A stretch of DNA of 64,000 bases, taken from the NCBI GenBank assembly GCA_037439425.1, contig JBBIWA010000014.1:29781-93780 (forward strand), written 5' to 3'. The stretch comes from Acidobacteriota bacterium. Lineage in GTDB: Bacteria; Acidobacteriota; Blastocatellia; RBC074. The notes beneath the pieces are model-generated. The model saw only the letters and a program-made list of their open reading frames with translations. It was not told the origin of the DNA and did not search any database. The first letter of the stretch is position 1; each line of letters opens with the position of its first letter. Both the position numbers and the translations under genes were made by a program. Below are positions 62,679 to 64,000 of this stretch, in pieces.

Positions 62679-63830
62679 ATGGGTGAGAGAAAGGTCAAAA
62701 TTCTGCACGTGCTCGATTCACTCGGTGTTGGTGGCACGGAGCGCATGCTGGTAGAAGTGATTAAGGGGCTTGATGAGAAGCGGTTTGAGCACGCTATCTG
62801 TTGTATCACGCGTTTAGGCGAGCTTGCTGGCCGGTTGCCAGAGGGCGTGAAATGCTACGATATGGGCAAGGGCGCCAGGCGCGATTTCTTGATGCCTGTC
62901 AAGCTGGCGCAGCTAATGCACCGCCTGCGTCCAGACATCGTTCACACGCGGAACTGGGCTGGAATTGATGGGGCGCTGGCTTGTTTACTTGAGCGCAGTC
63001 CCCGCCTGGTTCACAGCGAGCACGGGCGCGATCTACCTTACATTCATTTTGAGCCGGCCAGGCGCAAAATGATTCGTCGCCTCGTCTATCATCTGGCCGA
63101 TGCCGTCTTCAGCGTTTCTGGTGAGCTGCGCGACTATTACTGCCGCGAGACAGGCTTTGCTCCCGAACGCATGCGCGTGATCCCGAACGGTGTAGATGTT
63201 AGGCGCTTTAATGCCGCCGATGGGCATGGCGCGCGTCAAGAGCTGGGCATAGAGGTTGATGATTTTGTCATCGGCGTGGTAGCTCGGCTCAGCGCGACCA
63301 AAGACCTGTTGACGCTGGCGCGGGCCTTCGCGCGCCTCTACCGCGCTCAGCGCGAGCCGCGCCTCAAATTGCTCATTGTTGGCGATGGCGAAGCTCGCGC
63401 TGAACTAGAAAATTTTGCTGTTGAGCAGGGGCTGACTTGTGCCATCATTCTGGCTGGCGCGCGCGAGGATGTGCCGCGACTGCTGCGCGCGATGGATGTA
63501 TTTGCGCTCCCTTCGCTTTCGGAAGGAATGCCGGGCGCGATACTTGAGGCGATGGCCGCATCCTTGCCAGTAGTTGCCACCAAGGTGGGCGCAACTCCAG
63601 AGTTGGTGACTGATGGCGAAACAGGCTTTCTGGTAGCACCACGCGCAGACGAAGAGATGGCTGAACGACTCTCGCTGTTGCTGGCCGATCGTGAGCTGGC
63701 GCGGAAGTTAGGCGCTGCCGGGCGGCAGTTGGTGCAGCGCGACTATAGTCTTGAGGTGATGTTGCAGCGATACGAGGAACTTTACCTCTCATCGGTTAGT
63801 CATGAGTTACAGCAGTTTTCACTTGCGTGA
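62679..63830 (+). CDS. Sugar transferase, PEP-CTERM/EpsH1-system-associated (stp2-like GT4)
   Basis: KILHVLDSLGVGGTERMLVEVIKGLDEKRFEHAICCI N-terminus typical of the stp2 family. GT4 C-terminus EGMPGAILEAMA. Confidence 0.8.
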   Translation: MGERKVKILHVLDSLGVGGTERMLVEVIKGLDEKRFEHAICCITRLGELAGRLPEGVKCYDMGKGARRDFLMPVKLAQLMHRLRPDIVHTRNWAGIDGALACLLERSPRLVHSEHGRDLPYIHFEPARRKMIRRLVYHLADAVFSVSGELRDYYCRETGFAPERMRVIPNGVDVRRFNAADGHGARQELGIEVDDFVIGVVARLSATKDLLTLARAFARLYRAQREPRLKLLIVGDGEARAELENFAVEQGLTCAIILAGAREDVPRLLRAMDVFALPSLSEGMPGAILEAMAASLPVVATKVGATPELVTDGETGFLVAPRADEEMAERLSLLLADRELARKLGAAGRQLVQRDYSLEVMLQRYEELYLSSVSHELQQFSLA

Positions 63831-64000
63831 AGAGAGTTTGGGGCTGCAACCTTCAGGTGGGCTTTGAGCTGTAGAAAAAAAGCTCGCCTGCAGGCTGCAG
63901 CTCCAAACCAAACCTTATCCTTTCATCACTGGCTCTTCATTCTTTTGAAAACCGCTCTAAACAAACCTGAGCTAACGAGGAATGTATGAAGGTTAGAGTT

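Noticed and set aside
63986-64000. Start of a further plus-strand gene (ATGAAGGTTAGAGTT after a GAGGAA RBS)
   Set aside because: Only five codons lie within the window, too little to call a product. Noted only as evidence that the EPS locus continues.

Overview
This is a GC-rich bacterial chromosomal segment with a mix of housekeeping genes and envelope-related accessory loci. The gene content points to Acidobacteriota: PEP-CTERM/exosortase-associated EPS genes, BNR/Asp-box and WG-repeat secreted proteins, and many secreted lipoproteins. That taxonomic call is an inference from content only.

Main blocks, in order:
- A partial PLP aminotransferase and an XRE-type HTH protein.
- A secreted Gfo/Idh/MocA-like oxidoreductase, an S9 peptidase, an acyl-CoA synthetase, a very large BNR/Asp-box protein and an O-methyltransferase.
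- rnz, a MATE transporter, an MsbA-like ABC exporter, tRNA-Lys, argF and murJ.
- A ThiF/MoeB-like E1 enzyme and thrB.
- A partial his operon (hisZ-G-D-C-B-H) that ends abruptly in a WG-repeat protein gene.
- A minus-strand catabolic-looking cluster: M14 peptidase, FAD monooxygenase, Old-Yellow-Enzyme-type flavin reductase, crotonase, RidA.
- A secreted beta-carbonic anhydrase and two tandem zinc-ribbon membrane proteins.
- A 2-kb gene-free repeat-rich tract ending at tRNA-Pro.
- acyP, apt, a cytochrome P450, mpl and several small secreted hypotheticals.
- A roughly 14-kb PEP-CTERM/XrtA-type exopolysaccharide locus. It has a polysaccharide deacetylase, a FemAB-like protein, stp1/stp2 sugar transferases, WecB, GT4 and GT2 glycosyltransferases, and a Wzm/Wzt ABC exporter. 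It carries embedded methyltransferase and DUF4058 genes. A divergent sigma-like hypothetical protein with a roughly 830-bp leader sits upstream.

No transposase, integrase, cas, restriction-modification or toxin genes were recognised. The most unusual sequence-level content is non-coding. There are at least four families of dispersed structured repeats: a TIR-bounded MITE, a tandem hairpin-repeat module nested in one MITE copy, a roughly 170-bp REP/BIME-like element at gene boundaries, and an AACCACGAAG stem-loop. A degenerate GCCCGC-N4-GCGGGC hairpin array sits next to tRNA-Pro.

No clear-cut novel multi-gene system could be established from sequence alone. The strongest candidates for follow-up are the repeat-rich tract with the possible decayed CRISPR-like array, the split monooxygenase/reductase cluster, and the sigma-like gene heading the EPS locus.
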